Below are positions 39,896 through 47,828 of a DNA stretch of 64,000 bases, in pieces. The stretch comes from an uncultured Rhodopila sp. (GTDB taxonomy: Bacteria > Pseudomonadota > Alphaproteobacteria > Acetobacterales > Acetobacteraceae): positions 26,485-90,484 of the forward strand of contig CAJATU010000093.1 of NCBI GenBank assembly GCA_903944925.1. The letters run 5' to 3'. Both the position numbers and the translations under genes were made by a program. The notes below the pieces were generated by a model that saw nothing but the letters and a program-made list of their open reading frames with translations, did no database searches and was not told the DNA's origin. The stretch's first letter is position 1. The number at the start of each line of letters is the position of its first letter.

Positions 39896-39935
39896 ATCGT
39901 CATGGCCGGGCGGCCGTAGTCCCGGCCATGACGAT
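39896..39935. repeat. REP-like hairpin, copy B (15-bp perfect stem ATCGTCATGGCCGGG / CCCGGCCATGACGAT)
   Basis: Read directly. The loop is cggccgtagt. It lies between the convergent GNAT and mgtC genes and is preceded by another hairpin, GGAACTGG-N11-CCAGTTCC (39862-39888), that encloses the GNAT stop codon. Confidence 0.7.
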
Positions 39936-39962
39936 GGGTCAAGGGCGCATCGGCGCACCGCT

Positions 39963-40685
39963 CTACGGCGTGGTGCTGACCGTCCACGTGGCACTATCCA
40001 CCGGCGGGGACTTCTCCAGCCTGGCGACAACCTGATCCAGCACCGCCGGTTCGGCTGAACTCGGCGCCAGCACAGCAGCCAGTTCGACCTGTGTTTCGGT
40101 TTCCGACAGCGTTTCGATCTCGACGATCGGATAGCCCGCCTGCTCCAGCACTTCGTCCAGGATGTCTCGCGCGGCGGACACTTTCCGCTGGTTGGTCACG
40201 ACGTGCACCCGGTATTGCGCCTCCGTCGTTTTCGTATCTATCGGCAAACGATTGATATAATTCACAATCGGCCGCAGCAGCGTATTGCCCGCCACCACGA
40301 ACACCGACAGCGCAATCGCTTCCGGCAGCAAGGCCGCCCCGGCAAACGCCCCTACAGCGGCCGAGCACCACAGCGTCGCCGCGGTGTTCAGGCCGCGGAT
40401 CTGGGTGCCTTCCTTCAGGATCACGCCCGCGCCGAGAAATCCGATGCCGGAAACAATATAGGAGATGATTCGCGTCGCCCCGTCCGCCCCCAGCAACCGC
40501 GTGCCGAGATCGGTGAAGGCCGCGGCGCCGACGGCCACGAGCACGTTGGTGCGCAATCCGGCCGAACGCTGCCGCCATTGCCGCTCGGCGCCAATCAGCG
40601 TGCCGAGCACGAAGGCGGTGGCGAGGCTCGCGAGGGTGCGCGCGAACGCACTGCCGAGAAACGAATCCAACCAGGGGTGCGCCAT
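39963..40685 (-). CDS. mgtC: MgtC/SapB-family membrane protein
   Basis: 240 aa. GAERQWRQRSAGLRTNVLVAVGAAAFT... is the MgtC N-terminal membrane domain. It is followed by a soluble ACT-like C-terminal domain. Confidence 0.85.
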   Translation of the reverse strand: MAHPWLDSFLGSAFARTLASLATAFVLGTLIGAERQWRQRSAGLRTNVLVAVGAAAFTDLGTRLLGADGATRIISYIVSGIGFLGAGVILKEGTQIRGLNTAATLWCSAAVGAFAGAALLPEAIALSVFVVAGNTLLRPIVNYINRLPIDTKTTEAQYRVHVVTNQRKVSAARDILDEVLEQAGYPIVEIETLSETETQVELAAVLAPSSAEPAVLDQVVARLEKSPPVDSATWTVSTTP

Positions 40686-40712
40686 CGCATCATTCCGAGA
40701 TGATGCGATGGC
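40681..40712 (-). promoter_or_regulatory. Perfect 13-bp stem / 6-nt loop hairpin sequestering the mgtC start codon
   Basis: gccatcgcatcat-tccgag-atgatgcgatggc. On the mRNA the 3' arm contains the mgtC ATG (40685-40683). No U-run follows, so it is not a canonical terminator. Confidence 0.5.
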
Positions 40713-40718
40713 GTTAGC

Positions 40719-40886
40719 TCAAGCCGTTATTGCCCGCAATGGCTCCGGCGGCGGGTCGCCCGGAATGGGTATCGGCTTGGGCGGTTCCTCGATCGGGGAC
40801 GGCTCATCCGGGTCGGGCGGCGACGGCGGATCGCCAGGGGGAACCGGCGGATCCGACAGCGCGCCGTGCGGGTGGCGTCCGGTCAA
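40719..40886 (-). CDS. Candidate proline-rich leader/upstream ORF of mgtC (55 codons, TTG start)
   Basis: The frame is open from TTG (overlapping the phasin-like TGA as TTGA) to TGA at 40721-40719. It reads LTGRHPHGALSDPPVPPGDPPSPPDPDEPSPIEEPPKPIPIPGDPPPEPLRAITA. Third-position G/C is about 76 percent by my count. There is no ATG, and it falls below the ORF-track length cutoff. Confidence 0.3.
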   Translation of the reverse strand: MTGRHPHGALSDPPVPPGDPPSPPDPDEPSPIEEPPKPIPIPGDPPPEPLRAITA

Positions 40887-41548
40887 TGATGGTGGGTCTG
40901 CAACGGACGCACGGCGTCCTGCGCGGTGCGGCCAGCCAATTCCAGCAGGCGGCTGCCGGATTCGACGGCGTGGTTGATCGTACTGAGATACAGATCCCGC
41001 TGCACTTCCGCCAATTCGACCAAACTCTTTGCCCGCAGCAGGTCCTGCGGCTTATGCGTCGCGTTTTCCAGGGTGTGGTCGACAATTTCCAACCACGCAT
41101 GCTGAATCTGCTGCAGACCGCGTCCGAGCGTCAGGTAGCTGGTAAACAGCGCATGCACGCGTTCAGCAGACCGCTCGGACGCGTCGCGATACACATCCAG
41201 GGCCTGGACTGTGGAGTTCAGCAGGTTGTGGCTGCGGCCGAAGCTGATATCCGCGACCCGGCTGCCGACACCCGCGGCGGTGCGGGCGGCTGTCCAGATC
41301 GCCTCGCGGCTTTGTTCCGCCACCTTCGATGAGATCGTTGTGGCGACATCGGCGGTCTCGGCGACAACGTCGCTAACGGTATGAGCAGCCGCCTTGGCAT
41401 GGTCGGCACCATTGTGGACCGCCTTGAGGGTTTCATCGGCGGTGTCCCGGGTTGCCTTCCCGACAGCTTCGACCGCAGCCTGGCCGCCGCGGCTCACGCT
41501 TTCCGCAGCCTTACGGTTGGTCTCGACGGTCTTTGTCGTTTCTGACAT
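40883..41548 (-). CDS. Phasin-family (PHA granule-associated) protein, long form
   Basis: ORF trimmed to MSETTKTVETNRKAAES.... The N-terminus is an Ala/Val/Thr-rich amphipathic repeat region. The C-terminal block DLLRAKSLVELAEVQRDLYLSTINHAVESGSRLLEL resembles the Phasin_2 domain. Confidence 0.6.
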   Translation of the reverse strand: MSETTKTVETNRKAAESVSRGGQAAVEAVGKATRDTADETLKAVHNGADHAKAAAHTVSDVVAETADVATTISSKVAEQSREAIWTAARTAAGVGSRVADISFGRSHNLLNSTVQALDVYRDASERSAERVHALFTSYLTLGRGLQQIQHAWLEIVDHTLENATHKPQDLLRAKSLVELAEVQRDLYLSTINHAVESGSRLLELAGRTAQDAVRPLQTHHH

Positions 41549-41908
41549 GGTACATGCCCCATTGATATGAGAAATATCCGGCGCACGAAAATGCCGACCG
41601 ACTATGCGGCCGAGCACTCGGGTGAAGCAAGAGCTAGATTAACCTCCGTTCAGGAGGCTCACCCACGGCGCGAAGACACTATAGCGCACTAGAGAGCAGT
41701 TGCAGCATCACGGACGCGTTAGGCCGCAAATTTGCTTGAATCCAACTACAACATGCCGTCCAAAGAACCGGCAACAGGCTCGATTTTTGTCCTGTATAAT
41801 GATTAATATTACGGCACGTTTCTGAAACGTAAGTTTAACCGCCGCACCCGACGAATGGTAACATTCCGCCCCGGGCGACCGCGGTTCGCCCGGGGTCTCG
41901 ATAGCCGT

Positions 41909-44158
41909 CTATACGGAGGTCACGCGCTCCGCCTCCGGGCCGGTTTCCGGGTTTGCAACCGGAATCGGGCGTTCCGCCATTTGCCGAAAGGCCTCGATCG
42001 CGCGGCGCAAGGCGACCGAGCGCTTGCTTTCCGTATCCAGCACGAACAGCACCAGCGAGCGTCCCGTAATCTCATATTCCGATCCGGTGCTAAACGAATG
42101 ATGCGTGTTGTCGTCAGGGACATTCGTGTCCAGCAGGCACCGCCAAACCGAACCGCCGACAACCTCCGGCAGCATGAAATTAACAACGTCGTGATGTGCG
42201 TTCAGCACCAGCAGCGCCGTCGCGTCCATCGCCGGGCGCTTGATACCGCTGGCCTGTGCCCGCCCGTCCATCAGCATGCCGAAGCAGCGGGCGTTGGCGT
42301 CATCCCATTGCGAGTCCTCGATGTCCTGCCCCGCCGGCGACAGCCAGCGGACGTCGCGCACATCGAGATCGGGGTTGTATTCGCCGGTCAGGAAGCGCGA
42401 GCGGCGCAGGATGGGGAAGGATTGGCGCAAGACGATCACCTTGCGGACGAATTCCGCGAGCTCGACCTCCTTCTCGCCAAAATTCCAGTTCAGCCAGCTT
42501 ATTTCGTTGTTTTGACAATAGGCATTGTTGTTGCCTCCCTGGGTGCGGCCGAACTCATCGCCCGCCAGCAGCATCGGCGTGCCCTGGGACAGCAGCAAGG
42601 TCGCCAGCAGGTTGCGCTTCTGCCTCTCGCGCAGCGCATTGACCGCCGGATCATCGGTCGGTCCTTCGGCGCCGCAGTTCCAGGAGTGGTTGTTGGAATG
42701 CCCGTCGCGGCCGTCTTCGCCGTTGGCTTCGTTATGCTTTTCGTTATACGAAACGAGATCGTTCAGGGTGAAACCATCATGCGCGGTGATGAAGTTGACG
42801 CTGGCCCATGGCTTGCGCCCGCGCCTTGCGAAGCAATCAGCCGAAGCCGACATCCGGGTTGCCAGCTCGGCCTGCTTTCCGGCGTCTCCCTTCCAATAGG
42901 ACCTGACTGTATCTCGGAATTTATCGTTCCACTCGGCCCAGCCGGGGGGGAAACCGCCGACCTGGTAGCCGCCCGGGCCGATGTCCCAGGGTTCGGCGAT
43001 CAGCTTGGTGGTGGCGAGCACAGGATCCTGGATGCAGCTTTGCAGGAAACCATGGGCTTCGTTGAAGCCGTCATCCTCACGCGCCAGGATCGTGCCCAGA
43101 TCGAAGCGGAATCCGTCCACGTGCATCTCGCACGCCCAGTAGCGCAGGCTGTCGGTGACCATCTGCACGACGCGGGCATGGCTCATGTTCACCGTGTTGC
43201 CGGTGCCGGTGTCGTTGATGTAGTAGCGCGGCTGGTCCGGGATCAGGCGGTAGTAGGACAGGTTGTCGATGCCGCGGAACGACAGCGTGGGACCGCGTTC
43301 GTTGCCCTCGGCGGTGTGGTTGTAGACGACATCCAGGATGACCTCGAGGCCGGCATCGTGCAGCCGCGCCACCATCTCCTTGAATTCGGAAAACACGAAG
43401 TCAGGCACTGCGGAATAGCGCGGATCGGGGGCGAAGAAGCCGATGCTGTTGTAGCCCCAGTAGTTGGTCAGGCCCTTGTCCAGCAAATAGCTGTCGTTGA
43501 CGAAGGCATGGACGGGCAATAATTCTACCGACGTCACGCCCAGCGACTTGATATAATCCACGACCTCCTTGCGGCCGAGGCCCGCATAGGTGCCGCGCAG
43601 ATGTTCCGGCACCGCGGGATGCAGCTTGGTGTAGCCACCGACATGCGCCTCGTAGACGATGGTGCGGTCCCACGGGACCGACGGCGCCCGCTCCCTGCCC
43701 CAGGTGAATGCCGGGTCGATGACACGCGATTTCGGCATGAAGCGCGCGCTGTCACGCTCATCGAAGGTCAGGTCGTCGCCTTCGGCGCCCAGCGTGTAGC
43801 CGAAGATCGACGGATCCCATTTCAACGCGCCGACATGCGCCTTGGCATAGGGGTCGAGAACCAATTTGTTAGGATTGAAACGATGACCGGCCTGCGGCTC
43901 GTAAGGGCCATGCACGCGGTAGCCGTAATTCGTCCCGGGTCGCGCATCGGGCAGGTAGCCGTGCCAGACTTCGTTGGTGTATTCCGGTAATTCGATGCGC
44001 TCCAGTTCCTTTTGCCCGGTGTCATCGAACAGGCACAATTCGACTTTCGTTGCATTGGCCGAGAACAACGCGAAGTTGACGCCAAGCCCGTCCCAGGTGG
44101 CGCCCTGAGGCTGCGGCGAACCCTCACGGACACGTGATTTCATGATGGCTGGAGGCAT
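41909..44158 (-). CDS. glgX: Glycogen debranching enzyme GlgX
   Basis: GATWDGLGVNFALFSANATKVELCLFD, GH13 catalytic blocks (VILDVVYNHT, GFRFDLG, AEPWD), about 740 aa. An alternative start is MKSRV at 44143. Confidence 0.9.
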   Translation of the reverse strand: MPPAIMKSRVREGSPQPQGATWDGLGVNFALFSANATKVELCLFDDTGQKELERIELPEYTNEVWHGYLPDARPGTNYGYRVHGPYEPQAGHRFNPNKLVLDPYAKAHVGALKWDPSIFGYTLGAEGDDLTFDERDSARFMPKSRVIDPAFTWGRERAPSVPWDRTIVYEAHVGGYTKLHPAVPEHLRGTYAGLGRKEVVDYIKSLGVTSVELLPVHAFVNDSYLLDKGLTNYWGYNSIGFFAPDPRYSAVPDFVFSEFKEMVARLHDAGLEVILDVVYNHTAEGNERGPTLSFRGIDNLSYYRLIPDQPRYYINDTGTGNTVNMSHARVVQMVTDSLRYWACEMHVDGFRFDLGTILAREDDGFNEAHGFLQSCIQDPVLATTKLIAEPWDIGPGGYQVGGFPPGWAEWNDKFRDTVRSYWKGDAGKQAELATRMSASADCFARRGRKPWASVNFITAHDGFTLNDLVSYNEKHNEANGEDGRDGHSNNHSWNCGAEGPTDDPAVNALRERQKRNLLATLLLSQGTPMLLAGDEFGRTQGGNNNAYCQNNEISWLNWNFGEKEVELAEFVRKVIVLRQSFPILRRSRFLTGEYNPDLDVRDVRWLSPAGQDIEDSQWDDANARCFGMLMDGRAQASGIKRPAMDATALLVLNAHHDVVNFMLPEVVGGSVWRCLLDTNVPDDNTHHSFSTGSEYEITGRSLVLFVLDTESKRSVALRRAIEAFRQMAERPIPVANPETGPEAERVTSV

Positions 44159-44189
44159 CGGCGCTCCTCGGCTGCTCGGTTATGGCCAG

Positions 44190-44216
44190 AAAAAAGGGGG
44201 GCACGTGCCCCCCTTT
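44190..44216 (-). terminator. Rho-independent terminator of csbD
   Basis: On the minus strand GGGGGGCACGTGCCCCCC (an 18-nt GC-rich self-complementary sequence) is followed by TTTTTT. It is located 17 nt after the csbD stop. Confidence 0.8.
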
Positions 44217-44232
44217 CCGTATCGGTGATCGC

Positions 44233-44463
44233 CTAGGACGTCAAACGGCCCAGGACATAGCCGATAGCCGCCGCGACCAAGGTCGCCACGATGGGCTGCG
44301 ACTTGATCACGTCGCTGAACTGGCCCGCCGCCTGCTGCGCCTGGCCGGAGGCCTGGTTGTACAGCCCCTGCGCCTGCGTGCGGGTATCGCCGCTCAGGTT
44401 GCCGACGGCTTCCTGCGCGCGGCCGCCGAACTCACGAGCCGTGCCTTGTATCCGATCGCTCAT
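44233..44463 (-). CDS. csbD: CsbD-family stress protein with C-terminal hydrophobic helix
   Basis: MSDRIQGTAREFGGRAQEAVGNLSGDTRTQAQG is the CsbD signature. The tail is PIVATLVAAAIGYVLGRL. GGAGG lies 8 nt upstream. Confidence 0.8.
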   Translation of the reverse strand: MSDRIQGTAREFGGRAQEAVGNLSGDTRTQAQGLYNQASGQAQQAAGQFSDVIKSQPIVATLVAAAIGYVLGRLTS

Positions 44464-44495
44464 TAAAAGCCTCCTGCAAAATCGGGAGCCTTTGA

Positions 44496-44520
44496 AACGT
44501 CGCGCGGCGCGGAAAGTTCC
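44496..44520 (-). promoter_or_regulatory. EcfG-type (general stress response sigma factor) promoter GGAAC-N16-CGTT
   Basis: The minus strand reads GGAACtttccgcgccgcgcgaCGTT. GGAAC is the complement of 44516-44520 and CGTT is the complement of 44496-44499, with exactly 16 nt between them. The -10 element ends 32 nt upstream of the csbD ATG. Confidence 0.65.
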
Positions 44521-44610
44521 CCCGGCGCGTCAAAGCGGCGACCCCGCAGGACCGGTATTTCCTCAATTCGCGGTTTGCGCCAGGGTTCGCCGGGTCACCG
44601 GAGACTATCC

Positions 44611-45579
44611 ATGCAAGCTGTCAGATTCACCCGCCACGGCAAGCCCGGGGTCCTGACGATCGAGACCCTGCCGCCGCTGCTTCCCGGCCCGGGCGAAGCT
44701 GTAGTCCGGATTAAGGCCGCCTCGATCAACCCCAGCGACGTGAAGAACGTGCAGGGCGCGATGACGCAAACCACCCTGCCGCGGACGCCCGGCCGGGACT
44801 TCGCCGGCATCGTCGAAGCCGGACCGCCGGACTGGATTGGCGCGGCGGTCTGGGGCACCGGAGGCGATACCGGCTTCACCCGCGACGGCTCGCACGCGGA
44901 GCAGATCCTGGTGCCCGTGGCCAGCTTGCGGCGAAAGCCGGCGGCGCTCGACTTCGACCAGGCGGCGTCGGTGGGGGTGAATTTCCTGGCCGCATGGCGC
45001 GGCCTGATCGATGGCGCGGGTCTGCGTTCCGGCGAGACGGTGCTGATCATCGGCTCCGGCGGCGGTGTCGGCAATGCCGGCGTGCAGATCGCCAGGCGGC
45101 TGGGTGCGAAGATTGTCGGAGTGGACCGCTCGGCACCGCGGCCGGGGGCGGCAATCATCGGTGCCGGCGTGTCACTGGTGGCCGAGGGCGAGGCCATTGC
45201 GGCGGCGGTGCGCCAGGCGACCGGAGGGCGCGGGACGGACGTGGTGCTCGACTGTGTGGGCGGCGTAATGTTCCCGCACGCTCTGGCGTGTCTGGCGCTG
45301 CGCGGCCGGCTGCTGGAAATGAGCGTGACCGGCGGGCGGCAGGTCAGTTTCGACCTCGCGGATTTCTATCATAACGAAAGCCGGCTGATCGGGGTGGATA
45401 CGCTGAAGCTGGACCTGACCGCCTCGGCCGCGGTGCTCGATGCGTTGGCGCCGGGGTTCGAGGCCGGGGATTATCGCCCGGCGGAGATCGCCCGGCGATT
45501 TGCGCTGGAGCAGGCTGTGGCGGGATATGAGGCTGTGGCAGCCGGAGAAAGAGGACGGGTGGTGCTGCAACCCGGCTAG
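44611..45579 (+). CDS. Zinc-type alcohol dehydrogenase / quinone oxidoreductase (MDR superfamily)
   Basis: ORF trimmed to MQAVRFTRHGKPGVLTIETLP.... It has a GroES-like N-terminal domain and a Rossmann motif LIIGSGGGVGNAGVQIA. Confidence 0.8.
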   Translation: MQAVRFTRHGKPGVLTIETLPPLLPGPGEAVVRIKAASINPSDVKNVQGAMTQTTLPRTPGRDFAGIVEAGPPDWIGAAVWGTGGDTGFTRDGSHAEQILVPVASLRRKPAALDFDQAASVGVNFLAAWRGLIDGAGLRSGETVLIIGSGGGVGNAGVQIARRLGAKIVGVDRSAPRPGAAIIGAGVSLVAEGEAIAAAVRQATGGRGTDVVLDCVGGVMFPHALACLALRGRLLEMSVTGGRQVSFDLADFYHNESRLIGVDTLKLDLTASAAVLDALAPGFEAGDYRPAEIARRFALEQAVAGYEAVAAGERGRVVLQPG

Positions 45580-46538
45580 CACGCCGTATCGGCTTCGACG
45601 CGATAAGCCGCCCGGGGGATCAGTGTCGGCTCGGGCTGACGCGATGGACGCAGCGCCAGGGCGGCGCCGGCCAGCATCAGCATCATCCCGACCGCCTCCC
45701 CCCAATCGAGCTGTTCGCCGAAGAAGCTGCAGCCGATGATCACGGCGATGACCGGCGAGATGAAGGCGTAGGTGCCCGGGCGGCTGGCGCCCCAATCGCG
45801 CACCAGCAGAAAATACATCGTCGTCGACATCAGGGCGCCCGGGACCAGCAGGTACAGCCAGGCCAGGAAGGCCGGCCATCCCCAGTGCAGCCGCATCGCG
45901 TCCGCAGCCCCCGGCTCGATCGCCAGCGACACGGACAGCATCGTCAGGCCGCCGATAAGATCGGTTAGCCCGGCAAGCTGCACCGGCTGCAAGGTGCGCA
46001 TCATCGGCCGGGTCATGACCGAGCCGAAGGTGTAGCAAAGACAGCCGATGGCCACGCCGGCGGCGCCCATGATCTTCCAGACATCGAGATTGCCGGCCAT
46101 GGCGGCGGGACCGAACAGCATCAGCACCCCGGCGATCCCCACCAGGATGGCGCCGAACCGGCGCGAGCTGAATCGCTCCTGCCCCATCGCAATGGTGAAA
46201 ACCAGCAGCGCCAACGGCGTGAGCGCCGAGCTGATCACCGCGCCAAGCCCGGCGGTGATGTATTTCAATCCGTAAAGCTGGATGACCTGGTTGAACGAAA
46301 TCAGCACGATGGAGGCGACGATCAGCCGCGGGACCATGCGCAGCGGCGGCAGCACACGGTCTCCGCGAAGACGGCAGATCGTCAGCAGGACGGCGCCCGC
46401 GAGGCTCCAGCGCAGGCCGGCGAAGATTCCCGGCGCGACGTTGGCGGTGCCGATTTTCATCGCCAGCCAGGTGGTGCCCCAGACGAAGCAAATGAAGGCG
46501 AACATCGCCCGTTGCGATGCGGTCGAGGATGCAGTCAT
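45576..46538 (-). CDS. EamA/DMT-family transporter
   Basis: 320 aa, about 10 TM, with two EamA repeats (FICFVWGTTWLAMK...). Confidence 0.78.
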   Translation of the reverse strand: MTASSTASQRAMFAFICFVWGTTWLAMKIGTANVAPGIFAGLRWSLAGAVLLTICRLRGDRVLPPLRMVPRLIVASIVLISFNQVIQLYGLKYITAGLGAVISSALTPLALLVFTIAMGQERFSSRRFGAILVGIAGVLMLFGPAAMAGNLDVWKIMGAAGVAIGCLCYTFGSVMTRPMMRTLQPVQLAGLTDLIGGLTMLSVSLAIEPGAADAMRLHWGWPAFLAWLYLLVPGALMSTTMYFLLVRDWGASRPGTYAFISPVIAVIIGCSFFGEQLDWGEAVGMMLMLAGAALALRPSRQPEPTLIPRAAYRVEADTAC

Positions 46539-46687
46539 GGACGTTGCGCGTTCGCTCCCGCCGCGCCGGCTACGCGCGGCCGTCGTTACTAGCGCATCGA
46601 CCGGGTGATCTGCCGAGAGGAAGCGGAATGGCGCATATGCGTCAGGTGGTTCGCCGGCTTGACCCGCCGATTGCCTGGCGGCTCCGG

Positions 46688-47332
46688 TCAGCCGCGCACA
46701 GGTACCCGGCGGCGCGCACCGGCTGCTTGACGCCGATGGACCGCCGCCAATCCGATCAAGGCAAAACCGAACAGAGCGGCCGAGGCGGGTTCCGGCGCCG
46801 CGACGGCGGAGCCGATCAGCTCAAAACCTGTCGAATACCCGGTCTGCAACCCCCGCCCTGACTGATAGTAGGCGCGGCCGGTTTCAGCGTAACTCGCGAT
46901 TTTAAGCGTGGCCGGGTTATAGAAGGAGATGTCGTACGAACCGGCCGGCAGCGACCAACCAATCGGGAAGACATCGGCAATCTCGGTTGAGTTCCCGACC
47001 GACGTGTAGGAATATGTGCTGAATGTTTGCGAGACGATAAGGCTTCCTGGCAAACCGTCTGCCAGGCTGTAGATACCGACCGTTATCGCCGGCTGCGCCA
47101 GGCTGGAGACCGTGAAGTCTATTTCCGAGATCGTCGACGTCGCGGCGAGGTTGAAGTCGTCGTAAACCTGAAAGTTGGTGTAGCAGGCGGAGCAGACCGC
47201 AGCACTGTGCGGCGCGACGGTCAGATCGGGTATCGACTGGAACAACACATCTGCGCGCACGGGCGCGTTCAACGAGAGGCCCGCCAAAATGGTCAGTCCA
47301 GGTGCGATAAAGCGCATTCCGAGGCTCATCAT
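46688..47332 (-). CDS. Small secreted protein with C-terminal PEP-CTERM sorting signal
   Basis: 214 aa with a signal peptide (GLTILAGLSLNAPVRA). The C-terminus AAPEPASAALFGFALIGLAAVHRRQ is a PEP motif, a TM helix and basic residues. GC content is visibly lower than in neighbouring genes. Confidence 0.7.
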   Translation of the reverse strand: MMSLGMRFIAPGLTILAGLSLNAPVRADVLFQSIPDLTVAPHSAAVCSACYTNFQVYDDFNLAATSTISEIDFTVSSLAQPAITVGIYSLADGLPGSLIVSQTFSTYSYTSVGNSTEIADVFPIGWSLPAGSYDISFYNPATLKIASYAETGRAYYQSGRGLQTGYSTGFELIGSAVAAPEPASAALFGFALIGLAAVHRRQAAGARRRVPVRG

Positions 47333-47828
47333 CGTTCAATCCCGTCCCACTAAAACTAACGATACACAAATAGGTATCTCATACTAATGAATGCCGCTTG
47401 TTCACCAGTCCGCGTGAACCCGTCACCTTTCTGTTATTCCCGGCGCTCGACTTTCGGCCATCAGGTTCGCCGGATGCAGAACGCGGGTCTCGTCGATCTT
47501 TTCGACGGCTTGTCCCTGAGCCGGGCCGTCGGCCCGGTGAAGTCGGTCCGGCACGCCGGTCGCCTTGCCCCCGGCCGCCGCTCAGCGAAGCTTTTACACG
47601 TCTGCCGCAATCGGATAATGCTGGGAGATTGGTGCCGCGGCCGCGGAATCGGGCCTCCTGGAACATTTGCACCCTTGCGGATAATCGGACGGTGCGGCAT
47701 TAATTTGACTTGCGTCAAAGAAATCAAATCATCGGCGCAAACCGGGTCGCATGCGCGGGTCCCAATACGGGTATGAAATCCTGTCCAGTCCGGTTGGAGT
47801 GGTTGAGTTACCAGGCTCGGGGGGAAAA

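Noticed and set aside
40465-40977. Gly/Ser-rich plus-strand ORF (170 aa) covering the mgtC upstream spacer
   Set aside because: Most of it is antisense to the mgtC and phasin-like coding sequences. The Gly-rich stretch is simply the complement of the Pro-rich minus-strand frame, which fits the local gene orientation better.
47690-47715. TTTGAC-ttgc-GTCAAA inverted repeat upstream of lctP as an LldR/GntR-type operator
   Set aside because: The arms are only 6 bp. It does not match the GntR-family core I know (GT-N-AC type), and no regulator gene is adjacent. It is too weak to report as a feature.
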